A stretch of DNA of 64,000 bases from an uncultured Acidobacteriota bacterium (GCA_963816795.1 CAWFLT010000003.1:210202-274201); one strand, 5' to 3'. Shown: positions 48,660 through 60,400, counted from the first letter of the stretch. A program made the numbers and translations. The notes: generated by a model not told the origin, from the letters alone.

Positions 48660-51487
48660 TCAGCTGTCGCGCATGATCGAGAGCGGGCTCACCGCGAGCG
48701 CGCGCCGTGCCGGTACTGCACTGGCGATGAGCACTGCACCGACGAGGACGGCGGAAGGACGAGCCACTCGATGATCGACGGCGCGCCCGCGCCGGGGCAG
48801 ACGCCACAACCATCGCATGACGAGCACCGAACCGATCGCGCCGCCAACAGCGCCCACCGCCGCCAGCCGAAGCCCTTCAGGAGCACCTGACGAATGACGC
48901 GCCAGCTCTGAGCGCCGAGCGCGAGGCGAAGCGCAATCTCGCGGCGGCGCTGCCGGGCGGATTCGGCGAACGCGCCGTAGAGACCGAGCCCGGCGAGCAC
49001 CAGCGCGAAGATCGCGGCGGCGCGACGAGCAACGTCGCGATTCGTGCCGGCGCGAAGGCCGTGAGGCTCAGGTGCGCATCGAGCGTGCGCACGGCGAGAA
49101 GGCGGCCGCCGTCGACGCCGCTGAGCGCGCGGCCAACCGCGTCGACTCACCCCGTATCGGCACGCCGTGCGCCGAGAATCAGCGTCATGCGGCCTTCGAA
49201 GTTCTGCCAGATCGGCAGGAAGATCGCCGGCGGGCTCTCGCGCTGCGACGACCGAAGCAGCGGCGATCGAACGACACCGACGATCTCGGTCCGCCCGCCG
49301 GCGACGTCGATGACCGTGGCCCCGACCGCGCCCTCCTCGAACTACAGGTCGGCGGCCTGTTGATTGACGACGGCGACGCGGTGAACAGGACCGACGCCGG
49401 CGTGTCGCCGAACCACATCCCCGCGACGAGCGAGAAGCCCATGGCCACGAAGTATCCGGACGAGACCACCGTCGGCGCGAGGATGGCCCGCGCGGCCAAC
49501 GGGGCTGCCGGCACCCTGACCTGCATCGGGCTCCCTGACGGCACCGGCGGCGGACCCTGCTCGGCGTAGTAGTAGATCAGCGGACCGGGCGGCTCGTCGC
49601 GGCTGACGCCGTGGGCGCGGGCGCACGACTCCGACAATCGACACGCGATCACCGGACGGAATCGACGATGGTTCGACCGAGCGCGTCGCCGCCAAACGAG
49701 GTGGCCGCCGCCTGCTCGTTGACGACGGCGACGCGACAGCCACCCGCCGTGTCGCGCCCGCCGAACATCCGGCCGGCGACCGGAGGCAATTGGAGGCCAG
49801 TGACGACGGTGGGCGTCGTCGCGACGGCCGCGACGATCGCGTCGCGTACGGCGACACTTCGCGGGGCTCGATCCGGTAGGCTGCCACGAGGCGCGGCCAC
49901 CGGGAATGACTGACGTCCAGACGGCGGTATCGATCCCCTCGAGCGCCAACGCGGCCTCCTCCGCGCGGCGAAAGTAGTCGCGGCCGAGCGATCCTTCGAG
50001 GATCGCGACGATCGGCTCGCCGAGCCGATCGCCGGCGCCGGTGCGGAGCGCGGAGCGGAATCCGTCCAGCAGCACGCCGGTCGCGATGACGAGCACACCG
50101 CAGCACGACATCTGCGCGATGACCAGCCCCGATCGCAACCGCCGCGCCGCATTCGACGGCCCGCCGCTCTCGCGGCGCAGGACGGCCGCCGGATCGTCGT
50201 GACGCACTTCGAAAAATGGCACGAGGCCACACGCGATCGTGATCACGACGCAGGCGATCGATACGACGCGCGAGCGCAGCGAGATCGGGCGCAGAGCTGA
50301 GGTGCTCGGCGTCTTGATCGAAGAGGAGCGCCGGAATCACGGCCGTCGTCCACGCCGCGAGCAGCAGACCACCTGCCCCGCCGGCGACCGCGACCAGCAG
50401 GCTGTCGATCGAGACTGTGACGTCCGAGCTGCGTCGCGGCTGGCGCCGATTGCGCGACGCGGATTGACGTCTCCTGCGATCGCGCCGACGCGCGCGCCAG
50501 CGAGAAACGCGACGACGTTGGCGCAGGCGATGAAGAAGACGACGCCAGCCGCCGCTGGAAGCAGCCGGCTGAGCCGGAAAAACCCGCCGGCGACTTCGGG
50601 CGTCGCGCCAGTGTAGCGCTGCACGGCGATGGCCGCGTCCTGCGTCCGTGCCGACGTTCGACGATCGTCTGAGCGCGCGACGGCGTCACGCGCGGCGTGC
50701 AGGCGCGCCAGCACCCAGACGCTGCGGCTCCGACGGTCGCGGTCGGTCGCGGTGGCGTGCGTCCGAGCGACACCCACAGGTCCACCGCGCGTCCGAAGTA
50801 CACGCCCTCGAGCCACGCGGGCGCGACATCCGCGACCGCGCGAAGTCGACGCCGTCCACGCGAATCGACTGGCCGCTTCGCGTCGGCTCGGCTCTTGCAG
50901 CTCCGACTCGCCAGAAGCGATGGCTGACGACGATGTCATCGGTCCGCGGCAGTCCGAGCAGCTCAAAGACCTCCGGCGTGACCGTGGCGATGGGCACCAC
51001 TGACGGACGACTCGCCACCGAAACCGCGGCCTGCGATTCACGCACGGCGCCGACGGCGGCAAAGGCGTCCGTCTGGCCTCGCAGCGCCCGCACGTCGTCC
51101 AGCGACATCGGCCCGAAGCCGTCCCTCACGTCGCGGGAGAACACCGAGACGAGCGTGTCGACTCCGGCCAGAGGCACATCGCGGCCGACGAGGCCGCGAA
51201 TGAACGGGGCGAATCAATCCCAGGACGGCGGCGTTGCCGCCGATCCCGACGGCGATCGTGAGCACCAGCGCTGCAGTCAGCGCCTCGCGGGCGAGCTCCT
51301 TCCGCCCGTCCGGGGCAGCGAGTCAGAACGCCGTGCCGTAGTCGCGTGACGCGGTCGCCTTGCTGCAGGGTCGAGACGACCTCCTGTGGTGTCGCGGCGC
51401 CGTAGACGCGCGCGCTTCCCTGCGCCTGTGGATGAGCGGCGGTGAGCGTCAACAGCGCGGCACCGGAAGAACACGACCGACAGCGCA
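48660..51487 (-). pseudogene. duplicated FtsX/MacB-type (ADOP-like) ABC permease, heavily disrupted (at least 8 frame breaks plus an in-frame TGA)
   Basis: Fragments across all three frames: LTAALVLTIAVGIGGNAAVLGLI; PLAGVDTLVSVFSRD...VVSHRFW; FFIACANVVAFLAGAR; GLVIAQMSCCGVLVIATGVLL; EIALRLALGAQSWRVIRQVLL; C-terminus ...AVLIASAVPARRALAVSPLSIMRDS*. AGGAGG then ATG at 51487 is a tentative start. Confidence 0.7.
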
Positions 51488-51550
51488 TGAACAACCTCCT
51501 CGAAAAAGCCACGACATGGTACGGTACGCGCACCCTTCGGGAGCGCATCG

Positions 51551-52453
51551 TTGGAAATCTATCTCGTCGACGGCACGTACGAGTTGTTTCGTCACTACTT
51601 CGCGCTGCCGCCCGCACAAGACGCGGAGGGCCGCGAGGTCGCGGCGGTACGCGGCGTCCTCACTTCGATGCTGGGCCTGATCAATTCAGGCGCGACGCAT
51701 CTTGGCGTCGCGACCGATCACGTCATCGAGTCGTTTCGCAATCGCTTGTGGCGAGGCTACAAGACGAGCGCCGGCGTGCCCGCCAACCTCATGTCGCAGT
51801 TTCAGCTGCTCGAAGACGCGTTGACGGAGCTCGGCGTAGTCGTCTGGCCGATGGTCGAGTTCGAAGCGGACGACGCCCTGGCCGCCGCCGCAGAGCGAGC
51901 GGCTGCCGATCCGCGAGTGACGCGTGTCGTGATCTGCACGCCCGACAAGGACCTGTCGCAGTCGGTCCGCGGCACCCGCGTGGTGCAGCTCAACCGGCGG
52001 ACCCGCGAGTTCCGTGACGAGAACGGCGTGATCGCGAAGTTCGGCGTGCCGCCTTCCGCGATTCCCGACTATCTGGCGCTCGTCGGTGACAGCTCGGATG
52101 GCTATCCCGGCCTGCCGGGCTGGGGGCCCAAGTCGACGGCAGCCGTACTGGCACGCTTCGGTCACCTGGAGGCCATCCCGGAAGACTGGCGCGAGTGGCA
52201 TGTCAACGCCGCGAGCCCCGCCGCGCTGGCCGCCACATTCGTGCGCGAGCGCGATCGCGCGCTGCTCTTCCGAACGCTGGCGACGCTGAGGACCGATGCG
52301 CCGGTGTTCGATCGCGTGGACGACCTGGCCTGGCACGGTCCGCGGCCCGGCTTCTCGGCCTTCGCCGCAAAGCTCGAGGCGGCTGGTGCGGCGTCCAGTC
52401 CTCAACCAGGGCGACGCGGACAGGCCCGCGACACACGGCGAGACAGGCGGTGA
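51551..52453 (+). CDS. 5'-3' exonuclease / flap endonuclease (Pol I N-terminal domain-like)
   Basis: TTG start. IYLVDGTYELFRHYF..., VEFEADDALAAAA, YLALVGDSSDGYPGLPGWGPKSTAAVL (H3TH). Confidence 0.85.
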   Translation: MEIYLVDGTYELFRHYFALPPAQDAEGREVAAVRGVLTSMLGLINSGATHLGVATDHVIESFRNRLWRGYKTSAGVPANLMSQFQLLEDALTELGVVVWPMVEFEADDALAAAAERAAADPRVTRVVICTPDKDLSQSVRGTRVVQLNRRTREFRDENGVIAKFGVPPSAIPDYLALVGDSSDGYPGLPGWGPKSTAAVLARFGHLEAIPEDWREWHVNAASPAALAATFVRERDRALLFRTLATLRTDAPVFDRVDDLAWHGPRPGFSAFAAKLEAAGAASSPQPGRRGQARDTRRDRR

Positions 52454-52461
52454 CTGGCGTT

Positions 52462-54084
52462 TTACCGTTTCGCGTAGAGCACGGCCGCCGGGCTGAGATC
52501 CTGGCCGGCGATAGAACTGAGCGTCCCTATGGGCCCGTGCAGGGCCCACCACCGCTTGGCCTCGTCGGTAGACCACGCCGGCACCGGCAGCGCGGCCAGC
52601 CGGGCATCGAGCTCGGCCATGGTCTGCGGCCGGTCCGCAGGATCTTTGGCAATACAGTCGAGGACCAGCGCATCGAGCTCGGCAGGCAACGCGATTTCCG
52701 TCCGCATTGACGGCGGCGACGGCGCGTCGCGCACGTGGGCGAGCACGGTCGCGACCGCGGTGTCGCCCTTGAACACGGTCTGTCCCGTCAGCAACCAGTA
52801 CGCCACGCATCCCATCGCATAGATGTCCGCGCGCCCATCCACCTCGTCACGGCCGAGCCCGACCTCTGGCGCCATGTAGGCGGGCGTTCCGGCAGTCACG
52901 CCCTGGACGGTCAGTGCCAGCTCCCCGGTCAGATCACCGGTGTGCTTGACGAGACCGAAGTCGAGCACCTTGACGAAATCGCAATCGGGCCCCAGCCGGC
53001 AGGTGAAGATGTTGCCCGGCTTGACGTCGCGATGAATGACCCCGCGCGCGTGTGCCTCGCCGAGGGAGTGACACGCCTGCCGAAGAAAGTGCACCGCGCG
53101 CGACGGTTCGACCGGCCCGAACTTCTGCACGAGCGTTTCCAGACTGAGCCCCTCGAGAAACTCCATGACGTAGTAGAACGCCCCTTCTTCCGTGACGCCG
53201 AAATCGTAGACGTCGATCGTGTGCGTCGATCGAAGCGCGGCGGTTTCGGTCGCTTCCCGCTCGAATCGCCGAACGGCCGTCTCACGGCTGCGGGCGTCGT
53301 GGCCGAGCAGTTCCGGCCGGATCAGCTTGACCGCCGCCGGCCGCGCCAGCATGCGATGACGGCCCATCCAGACTTCGCCCATGCCGCCTTCTCCGAGCTT
53401 GGTCACCAGCTCGTAGCTGCCGATCTCGCGCGCGCGGGTCAGGCGGACGCCATACCGATAGACAATCTGCGCGATCACGTAGGCGACGATCGCGCAGAGA
53501 TACGTCGTGAAGAGGAAGAACGCGATGACCAGCGGCACCGGCCGGCCGATCGGGTTCCCGAACGCACTCGTGAGCAGAATCGTGAGCGGCCCGGTCGACG
53601 CGGATGCGAGCGCGGCGATCAGCACCCGCCGCGGGGTGTTCGGCGCGATCAGAGGAAACACGAGAATCCAGGCGCACTCCCACGGCAGCCCCGAGAACTT
53701 GCCTTCCACCAGCCGGATGTCGGGAAAACCGCCCCAGAACCCGGCGACCGAAATGCCGAGCGATCCGATCACCTCGAAGACGAGCCCCAGGTCGAGCAGT
53801 TTCTGCGGCGGCAGCAGGGCCCGCCACGACGCCACCCAAACGGCGATCGCCACCACGACCGAACCGATGGCAAACACGTTCTGCACACGCATGAACGAGT
53901 AGCCCGGCACCGTCAGCGACGCGACGATATGTGGTCCGAAGTAGGCCAGCGTGTAGGTGCAGCAATAGAGCAGCGCCGCCCATCCAAGCCGGCGCGACGC
54001 CTCGTCGAGCAGCTCGGCCGGGGCGCCCCCGAGCGACGAACGATCAGGACCGACCGGCACGGCCAGTCGCGTCGTCTGCATCAC
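52462..54084 (-). CDS. Ser/Thr protein kinase with N-terminal polytopic membrane domain
   Basis: About 215 aa with 6-7 hydrophobic spans, then the Hanks kinase: LGEGGMGEVWMG, AAVKLI, HRDVKPGNIF, DFGLV, GTPAYMAPE. Intact ORF. Confidence 0.9.
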   Translation of the reverse strand: MMQTTRLAVPVGPDRSSLGGAPAELLDEASRRLGWAALLYCCTYTLAYFGPHIVASLTVPGYSFMRVQNVFAIGSVVVAIAVWVASWRALLPPQKLLDLGLVFEVIGSLGISVAGFWGGFPDIRLVEGKFSGLPWECAWILVFPLIAPNTPRRVLIAALASASTGPLTILLTSAFGNPIGRPVPLVIAFFLFTTYLCAIVAYVIAQIVYRYGVRLTRAREIGSYELVTKLGEGGMGEVWMGRHRMLARPAAVKLIRPELLGHDARSRETAVRRFEREATETAALRSTHTIDVYDFGVTEEGAFYYVMEFLEGLSLETLVQKFGPVEPSRAVHFLRQACHSLGEAHARGVIHRDVKPGNIFTCRLGPDCDFVKVLDFGLVKHTGDLTGELALTVQGVTAGTPAYMAPEVGLGRDEVDGRADIYAMGCVAYWLLTGQTVFKGDTAVATVLAHVRDAPSPPSMRTEIALPAELDALVLDCIAKDPADRPQTMAELDARLAALPVPAWSTDEAKRWWALHGPIGTLSSIAGQDLSPAAVLYAKR

Positions 54085-54093
54085 GGCATTCTG

Positions 54094-54340
54094 TCATTGG
54101 CGGGCGTAGACACATAAGAACTGCAGTTCGTTGTTGCCCCAACCGTGCCCTCCGGTCTCGACGACCCACTTCGCCGGATCGGGGGGCGCACCGGATCGCC
54201 CATCGAACTCATCCGCCCAGGTCAATTGCCAGCCCGCGAGCACCTGACGAGCGATACGCGGTCGCCTCCCCGCTGCTGGAGAAGACGGCCACGATGCCGG
54301 CGAACGCGCACGCCGCCGCCGCAGGTCTCCGCACGATTCG
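54094..54340 (-). pseudogene. 5' remnant of a GH16 (laminarinase-like) glycoside hydrolase gene
   Basis: WQLTWADEFDGRSGAPPDPAKWVVETGGHGWGNNELQ matches the GH16 N-terminal motif and stops after ~45 aa. A signal-like RRPAAAACAFAGIVAVFSS lies in another frame upstream. Confidence 0.5.
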
Positions 54341-54400
54341 GACGGTAGCACGGAACCCGCGTCTTGCACCGCTGCGTGAGCCGCCGAGTATGATGGACCA

Positions 54401-55378
54401 GTGCCAGCACCGGTGCGGGTGGCCTTTCTGGGCTGTGGCTTCATTACGCGCGTGCACAGCCAGAACGTCAGGACGCTCGCCGGGGACGTCGCGTGCAGCT
54501 ATGCGAGCCGCGACGCCGCGAAGGCCAGCGCCTTCTGTCGGGAATTCGGCGGCACGACCAGCTATTCAAGTTACCGCGCGGCACTGGACGACGCGACGGT
54601 TGACGCAGTGGTCGTGGCGGTGCCGCCCAAGTTTCATCTGGAGCTCACGCTCGCCGCGCTCGACGCGGGCAAGCACGTGCTCGTTGAGAAGCCGGCGTTC
54701 CTCGAGTTGGCCGATTACGCGACGGTCCAGGCGGCACGCGATCGGATGCAGCGCATCGTCCTGGTCGGCGAGAACGACCACTACAAGCCGCTGGCCGTCC
54801 GGCTCAGACGGCTCCTGGCCGACGGGGCGATTGGGGAGATGGTGTTTGCGCAGTTCACGACGATCGCGAAGCGTCTCAAATCAGCGGACGACTGGCGGAA
54901 TGACGAGAGCATGGCAGGCGGCGACGCGTTTTTCGAAGAAGGCATCCACTGGCTGCATCTCGCCGGCAGTCTGGGTCCTCAGATCACGGCGATTCAGGGA
55001 TTTCGGCCGGCCGGATCGATGGACGGTCCCGATCGCCGTCGTAAGAGCATGATGGTGGCCTTTCGCTACGACAACGGCGCGGTCGGAACGCTTTACTACT
55101 CGCGCGAAATCCCCTCGCTGCTGCGGGGCCTGCGCGTCTCGAAGCTGATGGGACGCGGCGGCGTCATCTCGTTCGAGTCCAACGGCGCAGCGATGCTGGT
55201 CCGCGGCCGCCGGATGCCCAGGCTGGTGCTCCCGGGGTTTCGCGACATCCGCGGCTATCAAGCCATGTATCGCGACTTCGTACGCGCCATTCGCACCGGG
55301 AGCCCTCCGGAGATGAGCCTGGAACGCGCGATGGACGACCACCGTCTGATGGACCAGATTTACGCCAGCCTCGCATAG
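54401..55378 (+). CDS. Gfo/Idh/MocA family oxidoreductase
   Basis: GTG start. VRVAFLGCGFITRVH (Rossmann), HVLVEKPAF (EKP motif). Confidence 0.85.
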   Translation: MPAPVRVAFLGCGFITRVHSQNVRTLAGDVACSYASRDAAKASAFCREFGGTTSYSSYRAALDDATVDAVVVAVPPKFHLELTLAALDAGKHVLVEKPAFLELADYATVQAARDRMQRIVLVGENDHYKPLAVRLRRLLADGAIGEMVFAQFTTIAKRLKSADDWRNDESMAGGDAFFEEGIHWLHLAGSLGPQITAIQGFRPAGSMDGPDRRRKSMMVAFRYDNGAVGTLYYSREIPSLLRGLRVSKLMGRGGVISFESNGAAMLVRGRRMPRLVLPGFRDIRGYQAMYRDFVRAIRTGSPPEMSLERAMDDHRLMDQIYASLA

Positions 55379-55383
55379 CCTCT

Positions 55384-56916
55384 TTGATGCAACACGAGCA
55401 CTACGACATCCTCATCATCGGCACCGGCGCGGGCGGCGCCACGCTCGCCCATGCCCTGGCGCCGACGGGCGCCCGCATCCTCATCCTCGAGCGCGGCGAC
55501 TACGTGCCGCAGGAAGACGACAACTGGAGTCCCGAGGCGGTGTGGAAACACCTTCGCTATCGCGCGAAGGAGCGCCTCCTCGACGAGTGGGGCAAGGAGT
55601 TTCAGCCGTACACGCACTACGGCGTCGGGGGAAACACCAAATACTGGGGCAGCGTCCTCCACCGCCTGCGGCGCGAAGACTTCCTGGATCTCGAACACGC
55701 GGGCGGCCTCTCGCCGGCGTGGCCGATTTCGTACGAGACGCTCGCGCCGTACTACGACCGGGCGGAGCGTCTCTATCACGTGCACGGCGCCGCGGGCTTC
55801 GACCCGACCGAGCCGCCGCGCGGTCCGTATCCGTTCGCGGCCGTGCCGCATTCCTCCGGCATGCTCGCGATCGCCGATCAGTTGCGCGATCTCGGTCTGC
55901 ATCCTTTCTCGCTGCCGCTGGGCCTCATCCGGCCCGGCGAGGCCGGCGGCTGCGCCCTGTGCAACACCTGCAATTCGTTCCCGTGCAAGATTCGCGCAAA
56001 GAGCGACGCGGAAGTCTGCTGCCTCGAGCCGGCGCTGACGTTCCCCAACGTCACACTGTGGACCAACGCCTTCGCGCATCGGCTGATCACGCGGCCGGAC
56101 GGGCGGGCCGTAGACGCGGTGGAGATTGTTCGGCGAAATGAGACCGTCCGGGTTTCCGCCGATGTGTTCGTGTCGTCCTGCGGCGCCATTCACTCGGCGG
56201 CGCTCCTGCTGCGGTCGGCGAACGGTCAGCACCCGCACGGTCTCGCCAACTCGTCAGGTCTCGTCGGCCGGCGCTACATGGCGCATCTGGCGACGATGAT
56301 GGAGGGGTTTCATCCGCTGCGGAAGAACGAGACGGTCTTTCAGAAGACGGTCGGGATCAACGACTTCTATCTGCCTGGCCCGGATCGGCCGTTCCCACTC
56401 GGACACATCCAATCTCAAGGGCGCACGCACGGCGTGATGGCGCAAACCGTGGTGCCGTGGATACCGCTGTGGGCCTACGAGGCCTGGGTCGCGCGCGGTG
56501 TCGACTGGCTGGCGATGTCCGAAGATCTTCCCGATCCCGAAAATCGTGTGACCGTTGAGGCCGATGGGCGCATCCGCTTGCGCTACCGGCCCAACAACCT
56601 CAGGTCGCACAACCGGCTCGTCAAGGAGATGAAGCGCGTCTTGAAAAAGCTCGGGTTCTGGGTCGTCGTGGCCCACTCGCATCGCAGCAAGAACACCACC
56701 CACCAGTGCGGCACGCTGGTCTTCGGCACCGATCCGTCCTCGTCGGTGCTCGACCCTTATTGCCGCGCGCACGATCTCTCGAATCTCTTCGTCGTCGACG
56801 CTTCGTTCTTTCCGTCGTCAGCCGCCGTCAATCCGGCGCTGACCATTGCGGCGCAGGCCCTGCGGGTCGCCGATCACATCACCGGTTCGCCGGAGCCAAA
56901 GGAGACTCGGCCGTGA
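55384..56916 (+). CDS. GMC family FAD oxidoreductase
   Basis: YDILIIGTGAGGATLAHAL...HQCGTLVFG...NLFVVDASFFPSSAAVNPALTIAAQALRVA. Confidence 0.9.
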   Translation: MMQHEHYDILIIGTGAGGATLAHALAPTGARILILERGDYVPQEDDNWSPEAVWKHLRYRAKERLLDEWGKEFQPYTHYGVGGNTKYWGSVLHRLRREDFLDLEHAGGLSPAWPISYETLAPYYDRAERLYHVHGAAGFDPTEPPRGPYPFAAVPHSSGMLAIADQLRDLGLHPFSLPLGLIRPGEAGGCALCNTCNSFPCKIRAKSDAEVCCLEPALTFPNVTLWTNAFAHRLITRPDGRAVDAVEIVRRNETVRVSADVFVSSCGAIHSAALLLRSANGQHPHGLANSSGLVGRRYMAHLATMMEGFHPLRKNETVFQKTVGINDFYLPGPDRPFPLGHIQSQGRTHGVMAQTVVPWIPLWAYEAWVARGVDWLAMSEDLPDPENRVTVEADGRIRLRYRPNNLRSHNRLVKEMKRVLKKLGFWVVVAHSHRSKNTTHQCGTLVFGTDPSSSVLDPYCRAHDLSNLFVVDASFFPSSAAVNPALTIAAQALRVADHITGSPEPKETRP

Positions 56917-57459
56917 GAGCGCGATCGTTCAGCCATGTCGGCATCACCGTCTCGAACTTCAACCGCGCGGTGCAGTTCTACTGGGAGGTCTTCGGCTGTC
57001 CGCTGGTCGGCGTCGCCGACACGCCGTCCGAGCGTGTGCGAACGTTTTTCGGGGTCGACGCCCCGGCACCGCACTGCAAGATTGGCTGGATTCGCGTGCC
57101 TGGCGGCGGCGTCCTCGAGATTTTCGCGTTCGAGCCGCAGCAGGCCGGCGGTCGCTATTCCGTGGAACCGGGTCGGGTTGACGCACTTCTCGTTCAACGT
57201 GCGCAACCTGGATCGCTGGCACGAGCACCTCGTGAGCCGAGGCGTCGAGTGCCTCGGCCGCCCCGAGCGTTCGCCGCGCGGTCATTCGTTCTTTTTCGCG
57301 AAGGATTTCGACGGCAATCTCATCGAGTTGATGGATCTGGGCTTCATGTACCACGTCCTCGGCTGGCTCGGACCGCTCGGTGGATTCCTGTTCAGGCGGG
57401 GGATGTACAAGCAGGTACTACGCTGCTCGACCTTGACCCCGCATCGGCCTCCCTACTAA
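56913..57459 (+). CDS. VOC/glyoxalase family protein; frame disruption ~57150
   Basis: GTGA overlap with the GMC stop. FSHVGITVSNFNRAVQFYWEVFGCPLVG...GGVLEIFAFE, then +1 to ...GLTHFSFNVRNLDRWHEHL...FFFAKDFDGNLIELMD. Confidence 0.7.
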
Positions 57460-57492
57460 TCTCGCTGCTGCTCCCCCGTTCGGAGGTTCCCC

Positions 57493-60400
57493 ATGCGGCG
57501 CGCTCTCGCGGTCGTGCTTTTCGCTTTGACATCCGCCAGTCTCGTGTTGGCTCAAACCCAAATCACGAGTGGCGTCATCCAGGGCACGGTGGTGGATGCG
57601 ACAGGCGCGGCGCTTCCCAGCGCGAGCGTGGAGATCAAGAATCTCGACACCAATACCAGCGAGCGCCGCACCACCGACGGCGAGGGCCGCTTTACGGCGC
57701 TGCAGCTTCAGCCCGGGCGCTACACGGTCACGATTCAGCTCAAGGGGTTTTCGACGTTCGTGCAGGACGGCGTCGTGCTCACGGTCGGCCAGAGCCTCAC
57801 GCTCCGGCCACGGATGACGGTGTCGACCGTCGAGCAGACGGTGACCGTCACCGGCACGCCGGCGATCGAAACGACGCGAAGCGGCGTCGCCTCGACCCTG
57901 AACGAGAAGGTCATCGGGACGCTCCCGATCCTGGGCCGGAAGTTCGAGGACTTCCTGACGTTGACGCCGGGCGTGAGCGTCGTCCAGGGGCCGGACGGCG
58001 ACGAGATCTCCTTTGCCGGACAGCGCGGCGTCTTCAACAACGTGAGTCTCGACGGCGGCGACTACAACAACGGCTTTTTCGGCGAGCAGGCAGGCGGACA
58101 GCGCGCCCCGATTGACATCACGCTCGACGCGGTCAGGGAATTCCAGGTCATCGCGACGGGAGCGCCGGCCGAGTTCGGCCGCACCGCCGGCGGCGTGGTG
58201 AACGTCATCACCAAATCCGGCACCAACGCCCTGCGCGGCAGCCTCTTCTATTTTCAGCGTCTCGAAGCGCTCACCGGCGACTTGTCGGACGGCACCAAGT
58301 TGGAGGACTTCCACCGCGAGCAGTTCGGCGGGACGGCTGGCGGACCGATCAAGAAGGACAAGGTGTTCTTCTTTGCAGCGCTCGAAGGGATCACCGGTGA
58401 CTTCACGCGGCCGAACCTGAGCGTGCCGATCGGCACGCCCTGCCCGGTGTCGGCGCCGGTCATCCCGGCCGACGAAGCGCTCATCAACGGCAGTCCCGAT
58501 TGTCAGCGGCGCGCGCTGCTGTCGTTCTTCCAGTCGCGGCTCGGACGGGACGAAAGTCTGCCGATCGGGCATCCGATCAACACGACTGCGCTCCTGCTCA
58601 AAGGCGATGCGAACCTGAACGAGAACAATCACCTCACGATTTCGTACAACTTCAACCACTCACGCAAAGAAAACGAGACGTTCGACGTGGCGACCTATGG
58701 TCCCTCTGCCAACGGCATCGAGGGCAACCCCGCGCGCATCAACGTCGTGAACGCCAATTGGTTTTCGACCCTCTCGTCGAGCAAGCTGAACGAATTTCAT
58801 TTCACCTACTCCCGCGAGTCGCGGCCGAGACAGGCGGTCGACGCGATATCGCCGGATACCGGGATGGGCTTCGGCCCGTCGTTCCGGTTCGGGAATCCCT
58901 ACTTCCTGCAGCCGGCCGTCGACGAACTGATCTGGCGGACGCAGTTCAAGAACAACCTGTCGTGGATCCGCGGCGGCCACACGATCAAGATCGGCGCCGA
59001 ATGGATGCACACCTTGAACGATCAGGTGTTCCGCGGGTTCTTCACGGGCCGCTACATCTTCGACAGCGTCTCGTCGTTCCTTCGCTACACCTCACCGGCG
59101 GCGCCAGGCGGGTTCGGTCCCGTCCACCATCGGCTGTTCGGGCGGCGTGTATGTGACCGCGCCGGCGTCCTGTCCGGCCGGAACGACCACGACGGGCGGT
59201 CCCCTGCTCCTCTACCTCCAGGGTGCGGGCCGCACGGGGCTGGCGACCGACGCGGCCGGCGCCTCGACGATCTCGAACGAAGAGTTTGGCCTGTTCGTGC
59301 AGGACCAGTGGCAGGTCAAACCGGGGCTGACGCTCAACTACGGGCTGCGCTGGGACGCGCAGATCATGCCGGACACGGTGGATCCGACGACGACTGCATA
59401 CGGGCGGTTCCTGAACGATCCGACGTTCCCGAGCGACGGCACGATTCCCAACCAGACCAACATGTGGCAGCCGCGCCTCGGGCTGGCATGGGATCGCAAG
59501 AACGACGGCAACTCGGTGTTCCGCGCGAACTTCGGCATTTTTTCGGCGCGCCAGAACATGCTGACCCAGGTCGGATCGGTGACCACGAACGGGCTGCAGC
59601 AGCAGACGATCTTCCTGCAGACCGATCTGCACCGTCAGTTCGGACTCCCGATGCCGGTGTGGCCAGGGGTGGTCGCGCCGGCGCCGGTGCCGGAGGGCGC
59701 CTTCCCCGACTTCTCAGGCGTGCGCGTGTTCGATCGCGACTACAAGAACCCGCGTGTCTACTCCTTCAACGTCTCGTACGAGCAAGAGCTGGCGCCCGAT
59801 TGGGCGGGATACGTCGACTTCATCTGGACCAAAGGCACGAACCTCAGCCGGTTTCTCAACTACAACCGCTCCGGCGCCGTCTGCTGCGACGTGAGCCAGG
59901 CCAACGGTGGGACGGGCAACGTCTTCACGTACCCGGGCGCGCCGCCCTGGGGCCCGGCGCTCGGTGAGGTCATGGTGGCGACCAGCGTCGGCCACTCGCT
60001 CTACCGCGGCCTCACCCTCGGCGTGCGCAAACGGTTCTCCGATAAGTACCAACTCGAGGCCAACTACGTCCTCGCCAAGGATGAAGACGACGACAGCAAC
60101 GAGCGCGATCCCTTCACCGATCGCAGCTTCAACTTCTTCGATCTCGACCTCGACTACTCGCTCTCGGATCGCGACATCCGTCACAAGTTCAACCTGTTCG
60201 GGTTCTTCGAGCTTCCAGCGCAGCTGAACCTGAACGCGCGCGTGCAGGCGCGGACGGCGCAACCGATCACGCCGTCGCCACGCGTCGTCGAACGGGAACG
60301 ATCGCGGCCGCAACAGCGACTCGCAAGGACAACGCGTACTTCAGCTTCGACTGGCGGCTGACGCGGGCGTTCAAGGTCGGTGCGCGCTACGAGATCATCC

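Noticed and set aside
51323-51325. In-frame TGA in the ADOP-like permease N-terminus (RDYGTAF*LAAPDGRKELAREAL) as selenocysteine or recoding
   Set aside because: The gene has many other frame breaks, I saw no SECIS-like context, and the position is not a catalytic Cys. It fits decay or error.
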